Source: Fidelibacterota bacterium (GTDB lineage Bacteria > Fidelibacterota > UBA8477 > JABMPR01). Taken from it: a DNA stretch of 64,000 nucleotides. Numbering within the stretch: the first letter of the stretch is position 1; each line of letters begins with the position of its first letter. Below the pieces are notes generated by a model. It was not told the origin of the DNA and did not search any database. It saw only the letters and a program-made list of their open reading frames with translations. Shown here piece after piece: positions 52,179 to 60,340 of this stretch. Both the position numbers and the translations under genes were made by a program. The stretch covers positions 4,136-68,135 of the forward strand of contig JAIPJF010000008.1 of NCBI GenBank assembly GCA_021734325.1, read 5' to 3'.

Positions 52179-54418
52179 GAACACAAATGAATCGCCGTGA
52201 ATTTATCAAAATTGCCGGTGTGGGCGCCGGGAGTCTGGCTTTTGCAACACCCCTCTTCGATTTCTCCAAAGGAGAGATTCTGGCACCAGGTGAACATCCC
52301 GGTATGTATGCCAAGCGAACGCCCACATACTGTGAGATTTGCTTCTGGAAGTGCGCTGGCTGGGTACACACAAATGATGATGGTAAAATCTGGAAAATTA
52401 CTGGAAATGATGATGATCCACATTCAAATGGACGTCTCTGTCCACGTGGCACGGGTGGTGTGGGTATGTATAACGATGAAGATCGTTTAAAAACTCCGCT
52501 GATACGAACGGGCGAACGCGGAAAACAAGTTTTTCGTGAAGCCAGTTGGGATGAGGCTTTTACCTACATCGCCGATGGCCTGAAAAAAATAGCTGAAGCC
52601 CACGGACCCGAGTGTGTGGCTCTGTTTACCCATGGCTCAGGCGGTCATTATTTTGGCGATCTCCTCCAGGCATACGGATCTACAAATATAGCTGCCCCAT
52701 CCTATGCACAATGCCGTGGACCTCGTGAAGTTGGATTTATCGCTACTTTTGGTGAAGGAGTCGAATCCCCAGAGCGTGTGGATATTCGTGATACACGTTG
52801 TCTGGTTCTGATCGGTTCTCATTTTGGAGAAAACATGCACAATGGCCCAGTCCAGGAGATTTCTCAGGCCACTGCCAAAGGTGCTTCCATTATTACAGTT
52901 GACCCACGATTTTCAACAGTTGCCAGCAAATCCAAGTACTGGTTACCCATTAAACCTTCAACAGATATGGCACTGTTACTCGCCTGGATGCATGTACTCA
53001 TAAATGAGAATCTTTATGATAAAGAATATATTGAAAAGTATGCCTACGGGTTTGACGACCTGAAAGCCCATGTTGCTACAATGACACCTGAATGGGCATA
53101 TGGAATAACCACCATTAAACCAGAAGTCATTCGTGAAACAGCCCGCGAAATGGCCAATGCCAGCCCAAGAGTCATTATACATCCTGGACGCCATGTTACC
53201 TGGTATGGTGATGATTCACAGCGGCTTAGGGCTGTGGCAATCCTGAATGCCTTGCTGGGTGCTTGGGGTCGCCGTGGTGGATTCTACAATCCCGCCAAAG
53301 TGGATTTTCAATCCTATCCGCATCCACATTTTCCCAAACCGTCTAGAACATGGAAAGATGCCTATCCTGGTAAATTCAAACTGGCAGGACTTGCGCTCGC
53401 ATCTGGAATCTGTGATGCCACAGTTCCCACAACTGAAAGAGATTGTTCATTTAAAGGCTGGATCGTAAACGGAACAAATCTCATTCATACATTACCAAAT
53501 CAGGAAAATACGCTGAAAGCGATCGATGCACTTGAATTGATGGTTGTGATTGATACCATGCCCATGGAGATAACGGGATATGCAGATGTTATTCTACCTG
53601 AATGCACTTATCTGGAAAGATATGATGATATCCGGATTAGCAAGCATCGTGAACCCACCATTGCCCTAAGAATGCCGGCTGCAGAGGCAAAATACAACAC
53701 GAAACCGGCCTGGTGGATGGCAAAGGGTATTGCAGACAAAATGGGACTCGGTCATTACTTCCCATGGAAGGACATCGAGGAGAAACTGGATTGGGAGTTG
53801 AAGCAGGTTGGATCCTCTCTCGAAGAGATGAAGCGTATCGGAGTCAAAAAATACAAGCGTGAAGAAGATGATCTCTACCCGATGCAGAATCTGGAAGATT
53901 TTGAATTTTACACCAATACTGGGAAGATCGAACTTTTCTCTACCGCCATGGAAGATGAGGGATATGAGCCCCTGCCCAGCTATACCGCTCATGAAGAACC
54001 ACCTTCAGGCTACTATCGTCTGAACTATGGCCGCGCTCCCATGCACACATTCAGTCGGACAGCAAATAATCCAAACCTGACCGACCTCATGGACGAAAAT
54101 AGCGTCTGGGTGAATCCAAAGATCGCCAAAGAATGGGGTCTGAAGAATGATCAATATGTCTGGCTTGAAAATCAGGATGGGGTCGTGAGTAAAACACCTA
54201 TCAAGGTGAGAGTCACAGAACGTATCCGATTTGACAGCGTGTACATGGTCCATGGATTTGGACACACCAATAAAAATCTGACGCGTGCAAATGGACGCGG
54301 TGCCAGCGATGCGGATCTGATAACCAGAGTCCACATTGACCCGGTGATGGGTGGAACAGGAATGCGAGGAAATTTCGTCACCTTTCGCTTTGAAGCCGGA
54401 GAGGAGGTGACATCATGA
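52175..54418 (+). CDS. Molybdopterin (bis-MGD) oxidoreductase catalytic subunit, Psr/Phs-type, Tat-exported
   Basis: It has the twin-arginine signal MNRREFIKIAGVGAGSLAFA and the FS0 motif CEICFWKCAG...CPRG (C-x2-C-x3-C-x27-C). A candidate Mo-ligand Cys lies in SYAQCRGP. The size is about 745 aa. The start may instead be at 52187. Confidence 0.8.
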   Translation: MRTQMNRREFIKIAGVGAGSLAFATPLFDFSKGEILAPGEHPGMYAKRTPTYCEICFWKCAGWVHTNDDGKIWKITGNDDDPHSNGRLCPRGTGGVGMYNDEDRLKTPLIRTGERGKQVFREASWDEAFTYIADGLKKIAEAHGPECVALFTHGSGGHYFGDLLQAYGSTNIAAPSYAQCRGPREVGFIATFGEGVESPERVDIRDTRCLVLIGSHFGENMHNGPVQEISQATAKGASIITVDPRFSTVASKSKYWLPIKPSTDMALLLAWMHVLINENLYDKEYIEKYAYGFDDLKAHVATMTPEWAYGITTIKPEVIRETAREMANASPRVIIHPGRHVTWYGDDSQRLRAVAILNALLGAWGRRGGFYNPAKVDFQSYPHPHFPKPSRTWKDAYPGKFKLAGLALASGICDATVPTTERDCSFKGWIVNGTNLIHTLPNQENTLKAIDALELMVVIDTMPMEITGYADVILPECTYLERYDDIRISKHREPTIALRMPAAEAKYNTKPAWWMAKGIADKMGLGHYFPWKDIEEKLDWELKQVGSSLEEMKRIGVKKYKREEDDLYPMQNLEDFEFYTNTGKIELFSTAMEDEGYEPLPSYTAHEEPPSGYYRLNYGRAPMHTFSRTANNPNLTDLMDENSVWVNPKIAKEWGLKNDQYVWLENQDGVVSKTPIKVRVTERIRFDSVYMVHGFGHTNKNLTRANGRGASDADLITRVHIDPVMGGTGMRGNFVTFRFEAGEEVTS

Positions 54419-54948
54419 GATATGCAATGGCCGTTGATACCAAAAAATGTGTAGGCTGCAGCGATTGTGTAGTTGCCTGTCAGACTGAAAATGATGTCCC
54501 TATCGGGTACTGTCGGGATTGGATCGTTGAAAAGACAACGGGAACGTATCCTGAATTACAGCTAGAGATCAGATCAGAGCGCTGTAACCATTGTGCAAAT
54601 GCACCTTGTGTTCGGACCTGCCCGACTGAGGCCAGTCATTATGGCCCAGGTGGTGTCGTCCTCGTCGAGCATAGTGAATGTATCGGGTGCAAAGCCTGTA
54701 TCACCTCCTGTCCTTACGATGCACGTTTTGTACATCCTGAAGGCTACGTTGATAAGTGTACCTTCTGTATTCACCGGGTCGAAAAAGGTCAAAATCCAGC
54801 CTGTGTATCGGTTTGTCCCACCCATGCGATGATCTTTGGTGATCTGGATGATCCAAACAGTGATATCTCCAGAGCAATGGCGACCAGGAAGTGGAAATCA
54901 CTTATTCCTGAAGCTGGTACGAAACCCAAAGTTTTCTATTTGTTATAA
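54415..54948 (+). CDS. 4Fe-4S ferredoxin-type electron-transfer subunit (PsrB/NrfC family)
   Basis: Four Cys clusters are present (CVGCSDCVVAC, CNHCANAPCVRTC, CIGCKACITSC, CTFC...CVSVC). It overlaps the A subunit gene by ATGA. Confidence 0.88.
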   Translation: MRYAMAVDTKKCVGCSDCVVACQTENDVPIGYCRDWIVEKTTGTYPELQLEIRSERCNHCANAPCVRTCPTEASHYGPGGVVLVEHSECIGCKACITSCPYDARFVHPEGYVDKCTFCIHRVEKGQNPACVSVCPTHAMIFGDLDDPNSDISRAMATRKWKSLIPEAGTKPKVFYLL

Positions 54949-54958
54949 AGAGGATATT

Positions 54959-55900
54959 ATGATCGAAGAAATTATCACAAGTGGACGCATGAATCCGGAG
55001 ATTGATCCGGTGTTGCACGCCTGGGGCTGGGAAATCCCCCTGTATTTGTTTCTCGGGGGAATCTCTGCCGGTATACTCATCTTTTCAGCCTACTTCACGC
55101 TGCGTGGCAGACAGGATGAGTTGCCAACAGCTGTTAAATGGTTACCCCTGACTGTTCCTGTCCTGATTGGAGTTGGACTATTGGCGCTGCTGATGGATCT
55201 TTCCCATGTGCTTTATGCATGGCAATTATTTACCAATATCAGATGGGAATCCCCTATGTCCTGGGGCGCTTGGACTTTGTTCATTATCACCCCACTTTCC
55301 ATCGCCTGGCTGGCAATCTGGCTGGAGGACATTTTCCCCAAGTGGGATTGGAAATTTGATGAAGTCAAGACCGTCATCAATTGGTTGAAGGATCAAAAGC
55401 GTATTATGGCTCAAATCCTGATCCTCCTTTCTGTTATTTTGGGAATGTATACTGGCATCTTGCTTTCGGCCTTTAATGCGAGACCCTTCTGGAACACTAG
55501 TATTCTGGGTCCCCTGTTTCTTACTTCTGGATTATCTGCCAGTGCCGCTCTGATCGTCTTTTTCTCAAAATCAGAAGTGGAAAAGCGATTATTTACCAGA
55601 ATTGATATCATTCTGATTGGGATGGAGCTATTCATGATCATCCACCTCTTTATGGGCCATCTTGCAGGAACACAGGTCCATATTCAGGCAGCTCAGATGT
55701 TTCTAGGTGGCCCCTACACCGTCTATTTCTGGATTTTTGTTGTCGGTCTTGGTCTGGTACTTCCGGTTATTCTGGAATTGCTGGAGTTAAAACACAAGTT
55801 CATCCCCGCCATCGTACCTGTTTTTCTTATCGTGGCCGGGAATCTCATGCTTCGCTTTATCGTTGTAAATGCCGGGCAAGCAAGTCGCTGGTTGTATTAA
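54959..55900 (+). CDS. NrfD/PsrC-family integral membrane quinol-interacting subunit
   Basis: The ATG at 54959 follows AAAGAGGA. The product has about 8 TM segments and an NrfD-like N-terminus (WGWEIPLYLFLGGISAG). The track start at 54836 would overlap psrB by 113 nt. Confidence 0.8.
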   Translation: MIEEIITSGRMNPEIDPVLHAWGWEIPLYLFLGGISAGILIFSAYFTLRGRQDELPTAVKWLPLTVPVLIGVGLLALLMDLSHVLYAWQLFTNIRWESPMSWGAWTLFIITPLSIAWLAIWLEDIFPKWDWKFDEVKTVINWLKDQKRIMAQILILLSVILGMYTGILLSAFNARPFWNTSILGPLFLTSGLSASAALIVFFSKSEVEKRLFTRIDIILIGMELFMIIHLFMGHLAGTQVHIQAAQMFLGGPYTVYFWIFVVGLGLVLPVILELLELKHKFIPAIVPVFLIVAGNLMLRFIVVNAGQASRWLY

Positions 55901-55934
55901 GTTTTTGACATGAATTTGAATAAAGGTTATTAAA

Positions 55935-56444
55935 ATGAAAACAAAGTACATGAATCCTTATTTGGCAGGCGTCTTATTGGGATTGGTTTTGCTCATGGCT
56001 TTCTTTTTCTCCGGACGCGGTCTTGGGGCAAGTGGAGCTGTGAAGAGTGTGGTCGTAACAGCGGTTGATATTGTTGCGCCTGAACACACTGCCAACTCGC
56101 ATTTTTATAGCAAGTATGTCGGTGAAGGCAAAGAACCCATGAAAGCATGGCTCGTATTTGAGATGATGGGCGTGCTTGTCGGCGGTTTCCTCTCTGGAGC
56201 GCTCTCTGGTAGGTTGAATTGGAAAATTGAGCACTTCCCGGGAATCACAGCCAAACGTCGATTAATTTTTGCTGCGGCCGGAGGGATCCTGTTTGGGTTT
56301 GGTTCCCAGTTGGGACGAGGCTGTACCAGCGGCTCGGCACTCACCGGTATGGCTGTTCTCTCAGTGGCTGGTTTTATTTCGATGATGGCCATTTTTGGGA
56401 CTGCCTTCGCCTTGGCATATTTTTTAAGAAAAAATTGGATCTAG
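55935..56444 (+). CDS. YeeE/YedE-family sulfur-compound transporter, half-size protein 1
   Basis: It has four TM segments and the conserved Cys motif GRGCTSGSALTG. Confidence 0.7.
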   Translation: MKTKYMNPYLAGVLLGLVLLMAFFFSGRGLGASGAVKSVVVTAVDIVAPEHTANSHFYSKYVGEGKEPMKAWLVFEMMGVLVGGFLSGALSGRLNWKIEHFPGITAKRRLIFAAAGGILFGFGSQLGRGCTSGSALTGMAVLSVAGFISMMAIFGTAFALAYFLRKNWI

Positions 56445-56453
56445 GAGTCTATT

Positions 56454-57044
56454 ATGGGACCTCTTGTACCTCAAGAAATTATCGGCATGAATTGGAATCT
56501 TCTAATTGCCTTCGTCGTCGGTATTGGGTTTGGCTTTGTTCTTGAACAGGCCGGATTTTCATCAAGTCGTAAATTAGCCGGAATGTTTTATGGATATGAC
56601 ACTGTTGTTTTAAAAGTTTTCTTTACTGGCGCAATCACAGCCATGCTTGGTCTACTATTCTTTAGCCTTTTTGGCTGGATCGACCTAAGCCTTGTTTACG
56701 TGAATCCCACTTTTCTAGGTAGCACCATTGTTGGTGGGATAATTATGGGGGCTGGATTTATCCTGGGTGGATTCTGTCCTGGGACAAGTGTCTGTGCCGC
56801 AGCAATTGGAAAAATTGATGCCATGGTATTTATCGGTGGCATCTTTTTAGGGGTCTTCTTCTTTGCTGAAAGTTATCCAATGATCGAAGACTTCTACATG
56901 TCAGGTTCACTTGGATCACTGAAAGTTCATGAAGTGTTTGGAATTTCAGGTGGTTTTTTCACCCTGTTGGTGATCATCGCTGCCTTGATCATGTTCAAAC
57001 TGGGTGAATTGGCTGAAAAAAGATGGCCAAGAGAGGAGTATTAA
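56454..57044 (+). CDS. YeeE/YedE-family sulfur-compound transporter, half-size protein 2
   Basis: It is polytopic, with the conserved motif GGFCPGTSVCA. Confidence 0.7.
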   Translation: MGPLVPQEIIGMNWNLLIAFVVGIGFGFVLEQAGFSSSRKLAGMFYGYDTVVLKVFFTGAITAMLGLLFFSLFGWIDLSLVYVNPTFLGSTIVGGIIMGAGFILGGFCPGTSVCAAAIGKIDAMVFIGGIFLGVFFFAESYPMIEDFYMSGSLGSLKVHEVFGISGGFFTLLVIIAALIMFKLGELAEKRWPREEY

Positions 57045-57046
57045 TC

Positions 57047-57670
57047 ATGACCATTAAAAATGTTATTTTCCTTGGATTAATTTTCCTCGGCGTTGTGATT
57101 GCCATGGTACCTGAGAATACAACGAAACCCTATAAGCTGACCGCTGAGCAGATGCTGGTCGAGGTTCAGGGTGCAGCCGAGATGGTGAGTACTGATGAAG
57201 TGGCTCAGTGGATTATCTCAAAGGATCCAAGCTTACAGCTTATTGATGTCAGAAACCCTGATGAATTTCAAAAATATCATCTTGAAGGTGCTGTCAACAT
57301 ACCCCTCTCAGTGATCCTGAATGATGAATATCGTGACATTCTGGATCAGGGTGTAAAAATGAATGTTCTATACTCTAACGGGACACTCAACTCTCACCAG
57401 GCCTGGATGATCCTGCGTCAATTAGGATTTCGGAATAATTATGTTTTACAGGGTGGACTCAACTATTGGTTTGATACCATCATGAATCCTCAGGCCCCTT
57501 CCATTTATTCGCCTGACGAAGAATTTGCCAAATATGATTTTCGTAAAGCAGCCAGTGGTGCTTTAGGAGGTGGAGGATCTGCCGTGGTTACAGCTCCTGC
57601 ACAAGGAACTGCGGAAAAACCGAAGATCGTCCGCACACAAAAGAAAAAAGCACCCGCAGGAGGATGCTGA
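57047..57670 (+). CDS. Membrane-anchored rhodanese-homology-domain protein lacking the active-site Cys, with a Gly-rich/basic tail ending in GGC
   Basis: The ATG at 57047 lies 8 nt after GAGAGGAG. It has an N-terminal TM segment and a rhodanese fold (LIDVRNPDEFQKYHLEGAVNIPL...VLQGGLNYW). The active-site loop reads LYSNGTLNS, with Ser where Cys is expected. The only Cys is the last residue (TGC at 57665..57667). Confidence 0.75.
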   Translation: MTIKNVIFLGLIFLGVVIAMVPENTTKPYKLTAEQMLVEVQGAAEMVSTDEVAQWIISKDPSLQLIDVRNPDEFQKYHLEGAVNIPLSVILNDEYRDILDQGVKMNVLYSNGTLNSHQAWMILRQLGFRNNYVLQGGLNYWFDTIMNPQAPSIYSPDEEFAKYDFRKAASGALGGGGSAVVTAPAQGTAEKPKIVRTQKKKAPAGGC

Positions 57671-57735
57671 GCTAGATCACCTATTCAAGTATTTCGAACG
57701 GGGTGGTAAACCCTCAGTTTACCAATTACGACCAG

Positions 57736-57764
57736 GGGCTGTGTGAACAACACAGCCCTTTTTT
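57736..57764 (+). terminator. Rho-independent terminator of the psr-yeeE-rhodanese operon
   Basis: The stem GGGCTGTG / CACAGCCC has a 7-nt loop and is followed by TTTTTT. Confidence 0.8.
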
Positions 57765-57865
57765 ATTTCAGGACCTGTTGGATTGAGTTGAATTCCTGTT
57801 TGATTTGACTTTTTTCAATCTTTTCCTGCCATAGTTTCAAGGGCTCACGAAGCAAAGGAAAACCC

Positions 57866-58765
57866 ATGAATAAAGCACCACACATAATCGTGATTCTTCA
57901 GGCTTTGCTGGTAACCTTTTTATGGTCAACCTCCTTTATCATCATCAAATGGGGACTAAGCGAGATCCATCCGATCACCTACGCTGGGCTGCGCTATTTT
58001 TTGGCTTTCCTGTGTTTTTTCCCCTTTATGCTATTAAATAAGAAGTATGTGAATGAGATCAGATCCCTGCATTTTGCACAATGGAAAAAACTCATTCTAC
58101 TCGGGTTCGTATTCTATACCCTGACCCAGGGGACTCAATTCCTCGGACTTTACCTGCTGCCTGCTGTTACCGTCAGCCTGATGCTGAATTTTACGCCCCT
58201 GATCGTGGCCGTACTGGGATTGATATTGCTGCAGGAGAAGCCCGGTCTGCTGCAATGGATCGGTTCCGGGGTATTTATCCTGGGAATCCTCTTTTACTTT
58301 TTTCCCGTTTCATTTGCAAATAATGAGGCTTTAGGTCTCTTGGTTATGTTCATAGGTGTTCTGGCAAATTCCGCCTCAGCTATTCTCGGCAGGAATATTA
58401 ATCGCTCCAGGGACATCAGCCCTGTGGTCATAACCTTTGTGAGTATGGGTATCGGCGCGACCCTTTTACTCGTTATCGGATTATCATTGAATGGGATCCC
58501 TTCCATGAGCGCAAAAAACTGGGGGTATTTATTCTGGCTGGCAATCGTCAATACCGCTCTGGCATTTACACTTTGGAATCATACCTTGCGTTCGCTTTCT
58601 GCCATTGAATCCAGTATTATCAATGGCACCATGCTGATACAGATCGGTGTGCTGGCCTGGATTTTTCTGGATGAAAGAATTACAAGCCAGGAAGGTATTG
58701 GAATGTTGATAGCAACGGCCGGTGCTGTGCTTGTGCAAATCAAAACGAGAGCTAAAAAGATGTGA
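57866..58765 (+). CDS. EamA/DMT-superfamily transporter
   Basis: It has ten TM segments arranged as two EamA-like repeats. Confidence 0.75.
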   Translation: MNKAPHIIVILQALLVTFLWSTSFIIIKWGLSEIHPITYAGLRYFLAFLCFFPFMLLNKKYVNEIRSLHFAQWKKLILLGFVFYTLTQGTQFLGLYLLPAVTVSLMLNFTPLIVAVLGLILLQEKPGLLQWIGSGVFILGILFYFFPVSFANNEALGLLVMFIGVLANSASAILGRNINRSRDISPVVITFVSMGIGATLLLVIGLSLNGIPSMSAKNWGYLFWLAIVNTALAFTLWNHTLRSLSAIESSIINGTMLIQIGVLAWIFLDERITSQEGIGMLIATAGAVLVQIKTRAKKM

Positions 58766-58811
58766 GAATTTCCGCCAGGTATGGTATAAATTCAGTCGGA
58801 CATCATCGCGA

Positions 58812-58827
58812 TGGCTTTATTATTGCC
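58812..58827 (+). promoter_or_regulatory. Candidate sigma-54 promoter upstream of hypA
   Basis: The sequence is TGGCTT-TATTA-TTGCC. The GG and GC dinucleotides have the correct spacing. It lies 33 nt upstream of the hypA ATG, which has a GGGAG RBS. Confidence 0.45.
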
Positions 58828-58859
58828 TTTGTTGTATCAGAAAACGGGAGTTGGAAAAA

Positions 58860-59204
58860 ATGCACGAAATGTCCATCGCCATGAATATTGTGGATATAGC
58901 CTGTAAGGAGGCAGAGAAAGAGGGCGCACCATCAATTTCAATTATCGAGCTGGATGTAGGTAAATTAGCCGGCGTGATGATTGATTCCCTTAAGTTTTGC
59001 TATGATTCTGTCTGCAAGGGTACCTTGGCAGAAAACTCCAAACTGCTTATTAATGAGATTGTTGGCAGAGGTCAATGCATCAAATGTGGCTCTGAATTTG
59101 ATATTGATAGTTTTATGGCCATATGCCCGACATGTGAAAGCTATGAAGTGGAGATCACTCAGGGTCGAGAACTTAAATTGAAGGCTGTAACAGTTAATGA
59201 ATAG
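58860..59204 (+). CDS. hypA: Hydrogenase nickel incorporation protein HypA
   Basis: It has the MHE N-terminus (MHEMSIAMNIV) and the zinc site CIKCG...CPTCES. The track start at 58722 overlaps the EamA gene. Confidence 0.9.
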   Translation: MHEMSIAMNIVDIACKEAEKEGAPSISIIELDVGKLAGVMIDSLKFCYDSVCKGTLAENSKLLINEIVGRGQCIKCGSEFDIDSFMAICPTCESYEVEITQGRELKLKAVTVNE

Positions 59205-59215
59205 CATTGGTTATC

Positions 59216-59376
59216 GCAAAATACTTCTCGCAGAGCACGCGAAGATGCAGAGAATATAAAGGCGGAAGAATAAAATCGTTAAACTTAGCCAAGCTTGCCA
59301 CAAAGTCGAAAAGTTCCGCATAGCTTATGGGGAACTTTATAAATACTTTGCGCCTCTGCGACCTCTGCGTGAGAGT
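59216..59376. repeat. Structured intergenic element between hypA and hypB
   Basis: AAATACTT occurs at 59219 and 59341. CGCAGAG/GCAGAG (59229..59252) is complementary to the two copies of CTCTGCG (59354..59369). These flank a central hairpin, AAAGTTCC/GGAACTTT (59310..59338). Confidence 0.4.
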
Positions 59377-59408
59377 TGTTTAAACTGATTGTTTTGAAAG
59401 GATAAGAT

Positions 59409-60200
59409 ATGTGTGACACGTGCGGATGTGGTGTACCAGGAAAAGCAGTTAGTTTTAGAAAACATGGGGAAGACCACCATCACCACGGGGATGGTCATAC
59501 TCATTCTCATGATCATGATCACCCCCATGACCATACACACGATCACAGACATGATCGCACCATTGCAGTGGAACAGGATATCCTCGGAGAAAACAATCTC
59601 CTCGCCCAACGAAACCGAGGTTATTTTGAGGCGAAAAATATCTTTAGTATCAATCTGGTCAGTTCACCTGGCTCTGGGAAAACCACCTTGCTGGAAAAAA
59701 CCCTTACCGCCCTGAAGGATACGGAATGCGCGGTGATAGAGGGCGATCAACAGACGATGAACGATGCTGACCGCGTGGCAGCAACTGGTGTTCCTGTGCT
59801 CCAGATAAATACGGGGAATGGGTGTCATCTGGATGCAGATATGATCCATACTGCCTACCGTGAACTCCAATTAAAAAATGATTCCATCCTCTTTATTGAA
59901 AACGTGGGGAATTTGGTGTGCCCCGCCCTTTTTGATCTGGGAGAAGATAAACGGGTTGTCGTGATCAGTGTGACCGAAGGCGATGATAAACCGGCAAAAT
60001 ATCCAACGATATTTGATCAGGCTGATATTTGCATCATCAATAAAATTGACCTCCTGCCATACGTCCAATTTGATGTTGAGAAATGCAAGCAGCACGCCCT
60101 CCAGGTGAACCACCACCTTGAATTCTTTGAACTCTCTGCGACCACAGGTGAAGGTATGGATACCTGGTTGAAATGGCTGAAGGATCAAATCAGCAAATAA
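59409..60200 (+). CDS. hypB: Hydrogenase nickel incorporation GTPase HypB with His-rich N-terminal region
   Basis: It has an MCDTCGCG N-terminal metal site, the His-rich run HGEDHHHHGDGHTHSHDHDHPHDHTHDHRHD, and a G-domain with GSGKTT and ENVGNLVCP. Confidence 0.92.
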   Translation: MCDTCGCGVPGKAVSFRKHGEDHHHHGDGHTHSHDHDHPHDHTHDHRHDRTIAVEQDILGENNLLAQRNRGYFEAKNIFSINLVSSPGSGKTTLLEKTLTALKDTECAVIEGDQQTMNDADRVAATGVPVLQINTGNGCHLDADMIHTAYRELQLKNDSILFIENVGNLVCPALFDLGEDKRVVVISVTEGDDKPAKYPTIFDQADICIINKIDLLPYVQFDVEKCKQHALQVNHHLEFFELSATTGEGMDTWLKWLKDQISK

Positions 60201-60340
60201 ATTTAATTGTCCCTGCAACCAGCAATGTGGGGTGAGGAAGTACTGCCTCAAAAAATTCTCGATTCTGAGATTGACGTGGCTTCCAGACACAAGGTCCGAA
60301 TCACTCCTGAAGACCATAGCATGAGATATTAAAAATTCAT

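Noticed and set aside
52060-52452. Minus-strand ORFs of 130 aa and 96 aa overlap the merR/psrA junction.
   Set aside because: They are antisense to two well-supported genes and have no motifs. They are typical shadow ORFs. The same applies to the many other 60-150 aa antisense or out-of-frame ORFs in the track, for example 9369..9737, 17008..17454, 44446..44769 and 63274..63942.
54836-54958. The track start of the NrfD/PsrC-like ORF lies inside psrB.
   Set aside because: It would overlap psrB by 113 nt and add a non-membrane leader. The ATG at 54959 has an AAAGAGGA RBS and begins the conserved NrfD N-terminus.
58722-58859. The track gives hypA a 46-codon N-terminal extension overlapping the EamA gene.
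   Set aside because: HypA proteins start with MHE. The ATG at 58860 gives exactly this, has an RBS, and lies behind a candidate promoter within the extension.
59337-59609. A 90-aa minus-strand ORF rich in Met, Val and Ile.
   Set aside because: It is the antisense reading of the hypB His-rich codon run (CAT/CAC repeats read as ATG/GTG). It is a compositional artefact.
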